Part shown: in pieces, positions 38,375 through 50,877 of the stretch
How positions within the stretch are numbered: position 1 is the first letter of the stretch
How the letters are laid out: every line of letters starts with the position of its first letter
Assembly (NCBI RefSeq): GCF_006345805.1
Contig: NC_043017.1
Location: 19,840,001-19,904,000 of the forward strand
DNA length: 64,000 nucleotides
From: Octopus sinensis
Taxonomy: Eukaryota
Direction: 5' to 3'
The notes under the pieces: model-generated
Seen by the model: only the letters and a program-made list of their open reading frames with translations
Database searches by the model: none
Told to the model about the DNA's origin: nothing
Translations under genes and position numbers: made by a program

Positions 38375-39210
38375 CTGTGGAATGGATCTGGCTTTTGGCT
38401 GGGTCCATTGTGAAGATAGTCCTGCTGCCTGCCTTTGGCTGGGTACAGGCTGTTTTCCTTCGCCTGATAGCCTTATTGAAAGGGCTGAAAACTGACGTCT
38501 TCCTCTTTGGCCAAGCCCTCATCAACTTTTTTTGGCCAAGCCCACATCAGGTTGCGTGGTGGACCTGGCTGAAAGGGCTGAAAACAGACAAGCCCTCATC
38601 AATTTTTTTGGTCAAGCCCACATCAACTTTTTGGTGGACCTGGCTGAAAGGGCTGAAAACGGACAAGCCCCATCAATTTTTGGCCAAGCTCACATCAACT
38701 TTTTGGTGGACCTGACTGAAAGGGCTGAAAACAGATACCTTCCTCTTTGACCAAGCCCTCATCAACTTCTTTTGGCCAACCCCACATCAGGTTGCATGGT
38801 AGACCTGGCTGAAAGGGCTGAAAACAGACAAGCCCTCATCAAATTTTTTTGGCCAAGATCACATCAACTTTTTGGTGGACCTGACTGAAAGGGCTGAAAA
38901 CAGATACCTTCCTCTTTGACCAAGCCCTCATCAACTTTTTCAAGTTTCACTTATTAAAAGGTGGGTGAATGTTGTAAGAATGGCCTGAGTGAATGGGCCT
39001 ATTCTAAGCATGTGCCTGTAGATGAAATGGAGAGGGTGCTCCACCCCAATGGTCAGGACTGTCATGGATTTGTGGGGTTTCCACGAGCTGTCCTGGGAGG
39101 TCTCCCTCTTTTGGGGAATTTTGTTGTTATAAGTGATTGTTTTCCATTGTTCTCACGACTTTCATGTAACCCCACATTCTGTTTGTCCTGTGCTGTCCAC
39201 AATGTTTTTT
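38375..39210 (+). mobile_element. 3' fragment of an L1/Tx1-like LINE with internal tandem amplification of a coding segment
   Basis: ..SIVKIV..AVFL.LIA..WWTWLKGLKTD.FLF.QALINFFKFHL..KRWVNVVRMA plus 3' UTR; aaggtgggtgaatg..aagaatggcc shared with 62520; clade assigned from recalled similarity. Confidence 0.6.
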
Positions 39211-40619
39211 AATGTAAACCGTTCGTGGACCAGTGGACTGGAGCAATATAAAATGAAATGTTTTATTCAAGAACACAATGCAGCACCCAGTCCAAGAATC
39301 GAAACCTCAATCTTGTGATCATGAGTCCAACACCTTAACCATTAAGCCACATGCTTCCATTTATATATATATATATATGTATGTATGCTAATATATATAT
39401 ATATATATATATATTTCTATGTATGCATATACATATATATATTTATTTATTTGTATGTATGCATACATATATATTTCAGTGTATGCATATACATACATAC
39501 ATACATACATACATACATACATACATACATACATACATACATGCATACATACATACATATATATATATATAATATAATAAATAAATATATATATATATAT
39601 ATATATTTATTTATTTATGTATGTATGCATACATATATATATAAAAATTATTTTTTGTTCATTTTAAATTCTTTATTTTCTCTGAATTTCATTTTCATCT
39701 TATATATGTGTGTGTACATGTGTGTGTGTGTGTATATATATAAATATATATATATACGTACATACATACACACATCTCTTTCCACAACAACAAAATAAAC
39801 ACCACCCACCCAACCAACAACCAAATTCCTTGCAGCTGTAAATTTTAGAAATATGTTTCTAATTCTTCCTATTTTCCGATTTTTCTCCTTTTTTTCTTCT
39901 CCCACCCCATTCTCCTCCTCCTCCTGCCCATCATCTCCTCCCAAATTCATTTGGTTTTTACATCTTTATAATGGTTGTATTTCAGAGAAAATTGAAGAAA
40001 AAATACCCATAAATTATAATTCATTATTATTATACGTCTTAAAGAAATTGAAGGATTTAGCCAAACCTTATTTCTTCTACAAATACTAAAATGGTATTCT
40101 TTTCATGATTTTTTTAATAGTTTTTTTTGGGGAGGAGTGGTGATATTTTTATATGCATTTATGTTTTTAGGAAGTTTCTTGTTTCTTTTTCATGTGCCTG
40201 GTGTACAATTAGATACATCTACAGGCATATACATCATATATATGTGTCTGTCTGTATGTATATATATATACACATACATTTATCTGACTACCTATGTATC
40301 TATCTATCTATTATATATATATATATACATATATATATACATTTATCTGTCTATATATATATATATACACACACATTTATCTGTATGTATATTTATATGT
40401 ACGTACATTTAGCTGTTTGTCTATGTGTGTGTGCGTGTGTATATATATATATATATACATGTGTGTGTGTGTATATATATATTATATATGTGTGTGTGTG
40501 TGTGTGTGTGTACACATAGACACACACATACACATATGCATATATAAGCAGGCATAATTGTCTATCTCTCTCTCGTTATATACACACACACAAACGCACA
40601 TTTATACACACAGACCTAA

Positions 40620-40820
40620 CTCTATGGATATATATAATGAAACCAATGAACACAAAAAGAGAGATGGCAACATGGGAAGGAAAAATTTTAACAAATGTAT
40701 TAGTGTAATGCTTGAAAAGAAAAGAAAAGAGTCTTGAGATGTTTCAGATGCCAGTCCTTCATCAGAAGAAAGACAGACATAACAGAAAAAAATGAAAGGA
40801 AGAGAGTGAATGGAAAATAG
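40620..40820 (-). mobile_element. Penelope-like terminal fragment with a hammerhead motif (~40730-40775)
   Basis: Minus strand gtctttctt-CTGATGA-a-gga-ctggca-tct-GAAA-ca-TC-tcaagac. Confidence 0.6.
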
Positions 40821-40887
40821 AGGTTGGAGGGGAAAATGCTGGTGATGTGTTAAGGACCAGGTGGGGATGTGGTTCTATGAGGGGAGT

Positions 40888-40919
<32 letters not shown>

Positions 40920-40927
40920 GTATATAT

Positions 40928-41090
40928 AGGTGCAGATGTGGCTGTGTGATAAGAAGTTTCCTTCCCAACCACATAATTCTGAGTTCAGTCTCACTCTGTG
41001 GCACCTTGGGCAAGTGCCTTCTACTATAGCCTTGGGCTGACCAAAGCCTTGTGAGTGGATTTGGTAGACAGAAACTGAAAGAAGCCTGTC

Positions 41091-41130
<40 letters not shown>

Positions 41131-41213
41131 GTGTATATATACCAGAGTAAACACATAAATGTGAAACAAGGTGGAAAAAAAGAGTACTCAAATACCAGGG
41201 GTAGAGTAATAAG

Positions 41214-41244
<31 letters not shown>

Positions 41245-41330
41245 GTATTTATGTGTGTGTATGCCTTTGTGTCTGTGTTTGTCCCCTCATCACCACTTGA
41301 CAACTGGTGCTGATGTGTTTACATGCAGTT
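40928..41330 (+). mobile_element. Family-B SINE with a foreign ~75 bp fragment inside its internal microsatellite (41140-41215)
   Basis: Head and tail motifs; complex insert accagagtaaacac..gtagagtaataag flanked by TA/TG repeats. Confidence 0.75.
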
Positions 41331-41610
41331 ACATGTGTGTGCACCGACATACACAGCCACATATTTTTCTTTGTATCTTTTACTTGTTTCAGTCATTAGA
41401 CTGCAGCCATGCTGGGGCACTACCTTGACAAAGTTTTAGTCAAATGAATCAACCACATCAAAATAATGCCCTGAAAGCCTCACTCAGGCACATCAAAATA
41501 GGGCTCTGAAAGCCTCTAGTTGGGAGGGGATTCCTTAACTGCATAGCTATGAATGAAAGGGCATATCAAACAATTTAGTCATAAATATCCCTAAAAATAA
41601 AAACTGTGAT

Positions 41611-41678
41611 ACATGTGACCAGGGACCACATGTGAACCACATGTGACCACATGTGGACCACATGTGGACCACATGTGA
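41611..41678. repeat. Tandem array of the palindromic CACATGTG motif (11-12 bp unit, 5-6 copies)
   Basis: acatgtgacc aggg accacatgtga accacatgtg accacatgtgg accacatgtgg accacatgtga. Confidence 0.9.
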
Positions 41679-41860
41679 TGAGGAGGTGCTGAAAAGCTCC
41701 TGGCTTTGGGTAAAAGAAAATACAGGAGAATCAGTTAATCATGATTTTATTCAACATATTCCCTTTTCAGATTCACACACTTATTGCTGCAGTCCTTTAG
41801 TTTTTCAAAGCCCTGTAAAAGAACTTGGAAGGTTGGGCCTCCAACCAGGCCTTTTGCGAT
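41678..41860 (-). mobile_element. Mariner relic: transposase C-terminus plus TIR
   Basis: Minus strand reads KAWLEAQPSKFF/QGFEKLKDCSNKCVNLKREYVE*; TIR-like gaggaggtgctgaaaagctcctggctt. Confidence 0.8.
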
Positions 41861-42668
41861 CTCCTCACTCCCTCGTATTTCCACCAAAACCCTGAACCCT
41901 ACACCTCAACATTGAATGATGACTACAACTACGGAATCTGTGCTATCCGATGCACTCGGTCTCCCAGAGGAGTATTTAGCAAATCTGCAAGTTGGGTTTT
42001 TGGGATGGCAGGCAGAAGCATTAATTTACCTGGTGGGATATTAGGGCTGACTGCCAGCTGTGGCCATCATTTGTAAGGACGTGGTGAACATGTTGCAAGC
42101 AGATGCAAGGAATCAGGACTCCGTCGAGTAAAGCAACAACTAATACTGTCTCTTTCTCTCTTGTATGCACACACAGATGCAAGCATATATAAGCTAGTAA
42201 AACTATTTCATTAGACATGTTGGGTTATCTATTACATTTTAGGGTTTTATATTTTCATGCCTATCTTTTGACAGGAATTAAATTTAATATTTCGTTATCT
42301 AAATGAAAAGAATCCTTTCAGAATGGGCTAATTAATATGCTTTTGAAATCTGCTCATCTAAAAACCTTTAATTGCAATTTAAATCATATCTCTTTTAAAA
42401 AAAAAAAATGACACACACACTTAGACACACATGCATACAAAAAAAAAACTGGAAAAATTATAACTAATAACAAAAAAAAAAACAACTGAACTGATGTCTC
42501 TCAGATATAAATCTATTTTGTAAAACGGTTCCAAAATTATCAACAAAATCTAAAAACAGAATTAGTTTTATCTGAATTATTTTTATCAAAATTATTTTTA
42601 TCAGACAAAAGTGATAAGTCTTCAGAGCAAAGTGTTAGGTTTTATTTGCAATGAAGTATCTGCTTCCT

Positions 42669-42704
<36 letters not shown>

Positions 42705-43170
42705 CTCTCTTGATCAACACATATGCAAACACACACACATGTGTTTGTGTTTACAAACAATAGAGCATTCAATACAATACAGGGTGTAAAATTTCTAGTC
42801 ATTTTCAATTAGTTTATGATTCACTCCATTCTTCAGAGTTTCCTACATGTGAAGTATGTATGGTCAGTCAGACGATACACTCATACATGTGTGTGTGTGT
42901 GGATAAAACTATGCCTGTAAAACACTAGCCGGGCCAATTCACGTTAGTCATGGCAAGCTGTACTAATGAATTTGCAACTGGTCAGAATCAAGCACCAAGT
43001 TGAGCCTGTGCTCAATAAATAGAATTACTCCATGATACTAGTTAAATCCACTGGTTATGAATTTGTGGGTGAGCATGGTGGTTTCAGACATGTGGACGAA
43101 ATTTTCACCAATGTCTACTAATCAAGAATTTGTCTGACCTTTGGTTAAATGACATCAATGGCTGCTTTAA

Positions 43171-43475
43171 CCCTTTAGTATTTAAACCGGCTGTTTCCGG
43201 CCCAAATATTTCAGATTCACACACTTATTGCTGTAGTCCTTTAGTTTTTCAAAGCCCTGTAAAAGAACTTGGAAAGTTGGGCGTCCAACCAGGCCTTTCA
43301 TGTTTTATGTTCAGACTGGCCATATTCAGCCTCTCACACCTACCCTACAATTTGATTCTTAAAATGAGCAACCGCATCATCAAAATCTTAAAGCTACAAG
43401 ATAACACATGATTACTTCAAAACAGTGTAAATCAAAAAGCATTAAATTTGATGGAGTGCCCTGAATATTAAAGGG
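43171..43475. mobile_element. piggyBac-like MITE carrying an ~89 bp captured segment
   Basis: TTAA|ccctttagtattt ... gaatattaaaggg|TTAA; related decayed copy at ~55515-55695. Confidence 0.85.
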
Positions 43476-43534
43476 TTAATGTCTGGAAATTTCAATACGA
43501 CAGAGCATTGTAGTTTTGACACTAATACAGATAT

Positions 43535-43860
43535 AAGAACCAAATCATCAACATACAAGGACCAAAATCAAGAGTTCCCACAGACAGCCCATCTTAAACT
43601 CCTTTGTTATGACCTAGAGAGCTTAAATAAACAGAAGGGGGCTGAGAACTGAGCCCTGCTGGACAAGTAACTGTGCAATAAATTCCTCACTCAATTATTT
43701 GCCCACTATGGTATTTCTGTACAAGTATTGTACGCCTCTTACAACTGTGTTTTAGTGACCACCACAGGCTACCTCAGTTCTGAATGAGATATTTTGTCAA
43801 GATGCTTTCTAGGTTGATGACTGTTAAGAAGAGCTAGTAACTCTTAGCTAGTAGCTCATT
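43535..43860 (-). pseudogene. Decayed RTE-clade reverse transcriptase fragment
   Basis: Minus strand VQQGSVLSPLLFI..VITKEFKMGCLWELL..LYVDDLV with frameshifts. Confidence 0.8.
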
Positions 43861-44029
43861 TTTTTTTCAAGATTGAGGGCATCACTAACATCTCTTGTTA
43901 AAGCAAATGGTCTTCTTTAAGTATTCCTTTTAAATCCTTTTAAAATTTATTTAGGATGTCACAATTAAAATTGTAAGAGATCAAGAAATTGTATTTTTAT
44001 ATTTTTTTTAAATTAAAAAATTTTTTTTT

Positions 44030-44450
44030 CTTATTTGTTTCAGTCATTTGACAGCGGCCATGCTGGAGCACCGCCTTTAATCCAGCAACTTGACCCCAGG
44101 ACTTATTCTTTGTAAGCCCAGTACTTATTCTTTGTAAGCCCAGTACTTATTCTTTGTAAGCCCAGTACTTATTCTATTGGTCTCTTTTGCCGAACCGCTA
44201 AGTGACGGGGACATAAACACACCAGCATTGGTTGTCAAGCAATGGTGGGGGGACAAACACAGACACACAAACACATATATATACATATATACGACGGGCT
44301 TCTTTCAGTTTCCATCTACCAAATCCACTCACAAGGCTTTGGTCAGCCCGAGGCTATAGTAGAAGACACTTGCCCAAGGTGCCACACTGTGGGACTGAAC
44401 CCGGAACCATGTGGTTGGTAAACAAGCTACTTACCACAGAGCCACTCTAC
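44030..44450 (-). mobile_element. Full-length family-B SINE with an internal 22 bp triplication
   Basis: acttattctttgtaagcccagt x3 at ~44101-44170; head and tail intact. Confidence 0.9.
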
Positions 44451-44944
44451 ATTTAGTGTGACTCCTTGTGTTTGTGTGTGTGGGGGGGTATGTTTTCTCT
44501 TTTAAGTTTTAAAAATATAATTTGAATATCCCAGATGAACAGATATTAAAACCACATGAATTAATATTTTGTAGTCTGCTAATTTTGTAGGGATTAATTT
44601 CATTAAGATAACGAGATATTAAATTTAATTTCTGCTAAAATATAAGTAAATATAAGGGTGGAAATATAATCCCAGTAAATGATAGATAACCTAATATAGT
44701 AATCCTATATAGTATGGATATAATCTTAATATTGTATGGGATTGATATACACACATACAATACACACACACAGATGTCTGTGATTATATGCATGTGTGTG
44801 GATATGTGTGTGTGTATATGTATATATGTATGTGTGTGTACGTATATATGTATTTATATAAGTGTATGTATATATGTATGTATATATTTATATATAAATG
44901 CATGTGCATTGTGATGATGATGATGTATATCTATCTATCTATCT

Positions 44945-45259
44945 ATATCACCGTGATCACCGTGACCGACCATGCTATCAGATGTTGTTACACATCGCTG
45001 GTCACAATGCGCTTTGCATTGTTTTAGCCTTCAAATGACGCCACCCTGCTGGCAGAGCGAGCAGGCCAACAGAAGAAAGAGTGAGAGAAATTTGTGGCGA
45101 AAGCATACAGCAGGGATTGCCACCACCCTCTGCCGGAGCCTCGTGGAGCTTTAGGTGTTTTCACTCAATAGACACTCACAACGCCCGGTCTGGGAATCAA
45201 AACCGCAATCCTACGACCGCTAGTCCGCTGCTCTAACCACTGGGCCATTGCGCCTCCAT
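44945..45259 (-). mobile_element. tRNA-derived SINE, family D
   Basis: Minus strand ggaggcgcaatggcccagtggttagagcagcggac..ggttttgattcccagaccgggcg (A/B boxes), distinct body, ends cacggtgatcacggtgat. Confidence 0.8.
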
Positions 45260-45268
45260 CTATCTATC

Positions 45269-45300
<32 letters not shown>

Positions 45301-47209
45301 GTATATATACATACACACACACACATACAGATGCACATATTCATATAAATTTGTATGTATATATAAGTGTATATATGTAAATATTTGTGTATGATATCTG
45401 TCTGTATGCCTGTGTTTATCTGTTTCCGTATCTGTCTCTCTAAAAATACTTAAAGGTGTCGACACTCTCCCAGAAATGTGTCTGAGAGCAATGACATATA
45501 CAAGAGTTAATATCCAGGATTAAGACGAGGAAGTGTTCTGATGGCGACAATGATGAGAGGAAATATTCACAGCGACTAGCAAGGATGAACAAAGGAGAAC
45601 CTAAGTAGGTATTTAATTGGCGCCAATTGTGGTAATATAAGCCATAATCTGAGGAAGCCAAGTGATGGGTCTGAGTTGTAAAACATCAGTTAAGAATGTC
45701 TGTGAGTTTGAATAAATTCTTTTGTTGTGGATGAGTTGTGAATTTTAATATTTCTGGGAAAGGTCCTGGGATGTTGAGTAAAGATAATTAGGGAAGTAAA
45801 AATAAAACTACACACAAATATATATATATAAATATATGTATATTTGCTTACATATATTAATGCATCTATAGAAATATACAAACATAAGCATACAAATAAA
45901 TAAATATATATATATACCTACTTATATACATAGATGCATAGGTACATGCATGATACATACACATGCATGCTCTCTCTCACACACACAAACAAAAACATAT
46001 GCATACACACACATATATGCATATATATATATATACATACATACAGAGATTGAGGCAGTCTACCGTCCCAAACTTCAGTTTGGTAAAGCACTTACTAAAT
46101 CTGTATTATAGAAGTTAATAAGTTTTAAAGGCTAACCGAGGTGGTTATTTTCTCATTTATTATTTTTCCTCTGACTAACGTCCCATCCCAAACCATAAAA
46201 ATTCTCTTCCCATCACTGTGGCAGATCAACTTATTCTGGGAACTGGTTTACCATTTCAAGAACACTTTCACTCCTATGCCTGTCCAACCCTTCCTGAAAT
46301 GAATAAAATTCTTGAAAATCAAAGAATGATATGTATATAGGTGGTGCTCCAGCATGGCTGCAGTCAAATGACTGAAACGAATAAAAGAATATGTATATAT
46401 ATGTGTGTGTGTGTGTGTGGTTTGTATATATATATATTTCGTTTTTGTATTCGGTTTTTGCAAGATTCTTTAAGTGAATTTGTGTCATATTGAAGCATAT
46501 TTTGTTGTGTCTGGAGAGAGTCATTCTGTTTTAATGCTTTAATTAACACACACACTGGTTCCATTTCCACTCATTTACTTATTTATTTATTTTTTTTCCT
46601 AAAATTTTCGTTGCTTCTTGCAACTTCTTCCATAGTTGCTGTCTCTGTCCATTACTGGAGCTGCATTCTTTTTGTTTATTTGATTCTAACTACTAGGCCC
46701 TCAATGTACTACTTGGTCCACAATGTACTATCCAGCCCAGTAATTGAAACTGCAATCTCGTTATCAGGAACACGGTGTACTACCTGATCCAGAAATTGAA
46801 ACCCTTGTTATCATAAGTGCAACATCCTAACCACTCAGCCATATGCATTCATCAGTTACATATTATATACACTTTTGAACTCTTCATCTCTCTTATTTTC
46901 AAACTAACAATTACAGTTTCCTGAGAATAAAACAAGCCACCAAAAAATCTATTGATTTCTCCTGTGAATTGTTTGTTTATTTGGCAGGTCGAGTGTCTTA
47001 AGTAGTTTGAATCTGTGACATTTTCCCCTCTGACGTTAATTAACCACTTGACTTCTTCACGAAGAAAATATATGCAAAATATACTAATTGCTACTCATTT
47101 GATCCATTGTAAAATAAAATAAAGAAATATAAACCTTTGAAATTAAGAAGCAGAAACGTACTGTCTGTTTACATTTTCCTTCATTTCTTCCCCTCAATGG
47201 TTCTACAAC

Positions 47210-47515
47210 GACTTTATAGTAATGAATGGTATACAGTGCTCAGGTGCACAACTCCTTAGAAAAATTAGCCAAAAGTGCAGAGTGCATGAACAGTGCATAG
47301 AATAATGAACAGGAAGTGAACAGTGAACAAGTCACTAAAAATAAAGGGTGGAGGGGCACCAGGTGTACTGTGGGTGAATTTCAGGAAGCATGTATGGTTT
47401 CTATAATGTAGTATCCTGAAAGTTAACAATGGATGCTGGTAGTTTATTCCATGCTTCAGCAATTCTGGGTGTGAAAAAAATATTTCCCAAAAGTCATGGG
47501 TGCTGTGTTGTTTGT
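47210..47515 (-). mobile_element. 3' end of a second CR1-clade LINE family
   Basis: Minus strand KQHSTHDF..FTPRIAEAWNKLPASIVNFQDT (CR1 ORF2 C-terminal FF..RV...WN.LP motif) plus 3' UTR. Confidence 0.75.
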
Positions 47516-47870
47516 TTGAATTTGCAGGCATTTTATATTAATATTTTTAATGTTCCTTCTAAATTATAGTTCCATGCTGCCATAATTTAGATAAGTATTT
47601 CCCAACAGAGGTTCATGGAAGCTGATGGCAGTAAAAAAAAAAACCTTACAAGAAAAATTAGTTTTTAATTTGAAAATATAAAGGATATTGGTCTAAATAA
47701 GGTCTTGGTTAAGACAAAACTTCTTAGACCTTCATTATGTGTGAAATGGATTTAACACTGCCAAACCTTTCAAAGACAGTTTTTGGATTCGTTTAAACCA
47801 TTTTTTGTCTATGGATCCCTTTGTTTTCTATTTCATTCAAGTAGATACTCAGAAGCATTCAGTGTTTTAA

Positions 47871-48086
47871 TCCTTTCGTTGCCAACCCAGCTGAAACCAG
47901 CTCTGGCTCTTTAGTACAAATGTCTTGTTTTCAAAAGTTCTGAATTAAAATCTTCCACCTTAGTCACAATTTATGTTCCTAACACTAGCTTCATGACAAC
48001 TAAGTTATTTTACTAAATTCTTTGTTACATTTAAAGTAATTGAAAGAAACACCGAGCATCTCAAAATAAACATGGTAACAAAAGGG
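47871..48086. mobile_element. piggyBac-like MITE (second family)
   Basis: TTAA|tcctttcgttgcca ... tggtaacaaaaggg|TTAA. Confidence 0.8.
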
Positions 48087-48211
48087 TTAAAAAGATCTTA
48101 TTGTACTCCCACAGTTATATATTATTAGGAATTGCATAAAAAATTGTCTTTTAAAATAAAAAAATAAGTCTTTTAGAGAGAATGGTTTTGAGAACTGAAC
48201 ATAAAATAGAG

Positions 48212-48242
<31 letters not shown>

Positions 48243-48299
48243 GATGAGTATAAGATTAAATAAAAATATTTCGTGCATTGTGGAAGCATAACCAGTTTA

Positions 48300-48373
48300 T
48301 TACAGATAAATTTTAACAACAAAATTTTCCACGAACCCCTAAGGGTCATGTAGACCCTGGTTGAGAACCACTC
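48300..48373. mobile_element. hAT-like MITE terminus, possibly pairing with a decayed left end near 47594
   Basis: gaacccct..gaccctggttgagaaccact resembles the reverse complement of CAGTGGTTCTCAACC ends. Confidence 0.45.
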
Positions 48374-49320
48374 TCATGAAATTTAATTTCATGAAGGAGA
48401 AAGAAAAAGACTGGAAAAGATATATAATAAATATTATGTAAAAGTTCTGGAAGAGTAAAGACATTGGGGAATATTACTATGGACGTATTTTTCTGCAAAA
48501 AACTCTACCCATCAAGGACTAGTTGAGGGTGTGGTACATGTAAGTAGTTTGAAAGTGTGGAAGTTTCCTCTAAAGATAACGAACCACTTCACTTTATGAC
48601 GCACTAACATGGGAATTAAAGCTTTCTGCAAACGTAACCGAAGTGGCTGGAGTTATGCCCCTTCTTCTGCGATACTTCAGCTGTACCGACTTTTTATTAT
48701 TTTTTTTGCAACAAGACCAACCTTTGTAGAAAACCTACTCACACCTCATCTATTTCCCAATTGTGATCAGTTAGAACTAATAATTTTTGTTCTTGTGTAG
48801 TGCTTGATCAGCAACAATTGGACAGATTAATGGTCAAAGGTGCTCCAGGATGTATTTTACTTTCAAAGGAAATTTGGCTACTATTTTTGGCATGTTGGGT
48901 CATAATATACAGGTAAAAAAATTGGAGTGAATCAGCAGTGTTAAATGAATGAATATACATACATAAATGTCTATGTATATAAAAACATACATGCTACAAA
49001 CATTAACAAAAGCATATACATAGATTTATATATATATCTGCACATGATCCTGCATAGCATTTAACAGAGAAGAGACATTTGTACAACAGCAGTGGTAAAA
49101 GCTGAACACCACCCAGGGCTAAAAAGTCATCTTCACTTTGCATATCATTGACAAACAATGGTTATATTCATTATTGCCTAAGATGCCATGGCCAGGAACT
49201 GAACCTAAAACCGTGTGGTTGGGAAGCAAACTTCTTAACCACACAGCTACATCTGCACCACGTATGTATGTCTGTTTGCCTGCCTACCAGCCTGCCTGCC
49301 TATCTATCTATCTCTATCTA

Positions 49321-49546
49321 GGCGGCGAGCTGGCAGAAACGTTAGCACGCCGGACGAAACGCGTAGCCGTATTTCGTCTGCCGTTACGTTCTGAGCTCAA
49401 ATTCCGCCGAGGTCGACTTTGCCTTTCATCCTTTCGGAGTCGATAAATTAAGTACCAGTTACGTACTGGGGTCGATGTAATTGACTTAATACTTTGTCCT
49501 TGTTTGTCCCTTCTATGTTTAACCCCTTGTGGGTAATAAAGAAATA
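49321..49546 (+). mobile_element. Young full-length family-A SINE with CpGs retained and a Tx1-like tail
   Basis: ggcggcgagctggcagaaacgttagcacgccggacg..tccgccgaggtcgactttgcctttcatcctttcgg..ccccttgtgggtaataaagaaata. Confidence 0.92.
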
Positions 49547-50319
49547 TATCTATCTCTATTTATCTATCAATATATACATACATACAAAGACATTTATAAA
49601 TTGCAAATAATATTATCAACTGGTTATCGTTATCAAGAAGGTCTTGTCTCTGAAGTAATAACTGTACGCACACACACACACACACACACATGTATATACA
49701 AACACACATACAAAACATAACACAGACACAAAGTAAATTTGATCTCTTAATACTCCAGAACTTTTTAGTAAAAATGTTAAAATCCCATTTCAAAATTCTT
49801 TCCTTTCATTTTTTTTTTCTTTTCTGTAAGGAATTTGGTAAGGGTTAGAAATATCATTTGTTGAAGAATATAAAGATCACATGTTGATGAATGTTTAAGA
49901 AAAAAAAAAACCTATCAGGGAAATAGAATTTGGAAACACAAACAAGAATTAAAGTATATTTTAGATAAACAAATAGTCTTAAATTCAAAACGAATAAATA
50001 AATGTACATAGAAATAAATAAATAAAAATAAGGATTGGATTTTCAGATTTTGATAAGGAAAAAAAAACCCATAGGAGACAGAGAGACAAGACAAAATCAA
50101 ATCTGAGATTGTAAGTCTTTTAGAGAGAATGGTTTTGAGAACTGAACATAAAATAGTGTGTGTGTGTGTGATATATATATATATATATGTAATACAGATG
50201 ACTATAAGATTAAATAAAAAAAATTCTCAATGGAGAATTTTCTATTTACTAGTCTTGCATTTGTTGTTGGTTTTTTTTTCAAAATGTACTTGTGTTTGGA
50301 TTTGAGTGTGTGAAAGAAA

Positions 50320-50870
50320 TAATGAGAGAGGGAGATATAAATAGGGAGAGAGACAATAATAGAAAGATAGAAAGATATATATATATAGAGGGGGAGAGGA
50401 GGGAGAGGAGGGAGAGGAGGGAGAGGAGGGAGAGAGGGGGAGAGAGATAAAGAGAGTAATTTCAAGTGTATGTAAAAATGGAAAGGAGAGATGAGAGAGA
50501 TAGAGAGAGATAGAAGGGAAGAGAGAACAAGAGATAGAGATATGGATAGATAGATAGAGAGAGAAAGAAGAGAGAGAGAGAGAAGGACAGCAAGAAAGGT
50601 AGAGAGAAGTAGAGAGAGAGAAAAGGAGATAGAAAAAGAAAGGAAATAATAGCCAAGACAGAAAGTACACAGAAGACGTATGTGTGCGTGAGAGAGAGAG
50701 AGAGAGAGAGAGTGAGAGAGAGAGAGAGTGAGAGAGAGAGAGAAAGAGAGATACAGAAAGACAAAGGAGACAGAAAATGTAGGGGAGAAGAGGGGTGAAG
50801 AAGATTAGCAAAAGAAGGAAGAGAGAAAGAAGATAAAGAGAGAGAGAGAGAGAGGAGAGAGAGAGGAGGA
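50320..50870. repeat. Polypurine (GA)-rich tract including (GGGAGAGGA)n
   Basis: Direct inspection. Confidence 0.9.
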
Positions 50871-50877
50871 AAATCGA

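Noticed and set aside
38478-38945. CRISPR-like repeat-spacer appearance
   Set aside because: Spacers are not unique, the units derive from LINE coding sequence, no cas genes are present, and the context is eukaryotic.
45180-45259. tRNA gene candidates (also 21294 and 21741)
   Set aside because: A/B boxes run into SINE bodies, with no closed acceptor stem.
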